Shown here piece by piece: positions 62,712 through 64,000 of a DNA stretch of 64,000 bases. How positions within the stretch are numbered: position 1 is the stretch's first letter; the number at the start of each line of letters is the position of its first letter. Origin of the DNA: Utricularia gibba (taxonomy: Eukaryota > Plantae > Magnoliophyta); contig NEEC01000027.1 in the NCBI GenBank assembly GCA_002189035.1, positions 62,001 to 126,000 of the forward strand, read 5' to 3'. A model generated the notes under the pieces. That model did not search any database. It saw nothing but the letters and a program-made list of their open reading frames with translations, and had not been told where the DNA came from. Made by a program: the position numbers and the translations under genes.

Positions 62712-63553
62712 TCAGGCAATGTCGACCTGGCCCTGGACGGCAAGGCGCTCGGATACATCAGCCAGAGACTTGAGGTTGCAGTTGATCAATGCCTCAACAA
62801 AGTAACACGTTTCGTCCCTCGTGTTTCCTTCAGGCACATCTACAACAAATGACTCGATCACCATCGTTCCCGGCCTCCCATCGATTACCTCTGGATGAGC
62901 AGTGATGACCGAGGAGTAGTTCTGAAATAAATACAAGTAAACGAGGGCCGAGAGTTATAGGGCAGTCTCCGCGTATAACTCTACACAGAAGCAAATCACA
63001 GCGTACGGGTGTGACAACTTCCACCGATCAAGCATATCATTTTTAAAGCCAAAAAAAAATCAGATTTTTAACTGAGAGGGTACTAGAAATTAAGACATCC
63101 AGTCAATACCTTGAGGCGATGATCCCCACCAACGATCCTCATGCTGAAGATGTGCTCCTCATCGTCCAAGAGCTCCAGTCTTTCGTGACTGATGGTTGCG
63201 GGAAGCCCTGACTTGACGCTAATCTCTCTAACAGTTCCAATCTTCAAATCTCCTTTCATAGTACACCGACTCACAAACGGCTTGTACCTCTGCGGCTGAT
63301 CGAATCTGCGAACCAAGGACCATACCTAAATGGAAGCGACAAGGACAGCATCAAAACCTAGAATTCAAAGCGGAATCGGGCCAGAAAAAAACCCCAATTT
63401 CACGGGAATCAAAAAGGGGCTCACGATGGGCAGAGGGGCCTTGATGTGCTTGACCAGCGAAGAGGAGCACTGGTTGTCTCCGACATCATGCCTATGGTGC
63501 CTCTTGATAAAATCGGACTCCGGTGCGCCGATGCGGCTCATCTGGCAGTGCAT
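62712..63553 (-). CDS. PYL: ABA receptor PYL/RCAR, subfamily I (PYL8/9-like), 3 exons
   Basis: [30 protein letters not shown]; gate SGLPA; latch HRL; [14 protein letters not shown]; CNLKSLA. Confidence 0.95.
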
Positions 63554-64000
63554 TTTTCCAAGTAGATGAGCCAATTTTTCCGGCGATCGAGACGAGTGGG
63601 GAAGGGAAAGGAAGAGCAGAGAAGAGTGATGGAGAATCCAAGTTGGAATGCGGCTGACCGACCGCCAATCCACAACCAAATATATTCCTTTTCTTTTTAC
63701 TAAAAAATTAATAATAATAAGAATAATAATACATTTGTTCTGAAATAAAAGAAGGTACCGTTTTGGAAATGGTGCTAAAAAAGAAATAAAAAAGAAGTGG
63801 GGAAGCAGAGAAAACATTTGATGAAATATTCCCCACGCCAAAGAGATGAAAATATTCAGAAACAGAAATTAAAAACAAAAAAGACTTGAGGCCTTTTTTG
63901 GTATGATGACGAGCAGCATGTGCCTGAAAACGCCATTCTCAAAACCTGACAAAAACGTGTTTTTTTTTTTTTTGTTGTACCTGGAAGGCTGGAACTAGGA

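Overview
Very gene-dense eudicot nuclear DNA with short introns and no recognisable transposons. It holds about 25 protein-coding genes, one RNase MRP RNA gene and one degraded polygalacturonase pseudogene in 64 kb. That density suggests a miniaturised genome such as Lentibulariaceae (Utricularia/Genlisea); this is inference only. Gene order: AHL, YqgF-like, MRP RNA, GSH1, AIPP3-like, DUF3527, GL3-like, TNP, RING-H2, PLAC8, BRH1, DUF604, polygalacturonase, ROH1, two WRKYs, CPBP protease, dirigent, RsgA, 6PGD, PAT11, LRR-III pseudokinase, CRF, alpha/beta-hydrolase, I9-like protein, PG pseudogene, PYL. From recall, this order matches a conserved eudicot synteny block. Main points: (1) an RNase MRP gene, invisible to the ORF track, whose Pol III promoter lies just past the GSH1 stop codon and whose body sits directly upstream of the TATA box of a YqgF-like nuclease gene; (2) an intact TIR-NB-ARC-TPR gene with four out-of-frame upstream AUGs; (3) exon-derived micro-copies inside introns, one an exact circular permutation; (4) an in-frame stop in DUF3527; (5) nine one-base homopolymer shortfalls in eight genes, most likely assembly error. 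All gene models were spliced by eye and family assignments come from recalled motifs; no searches were run.
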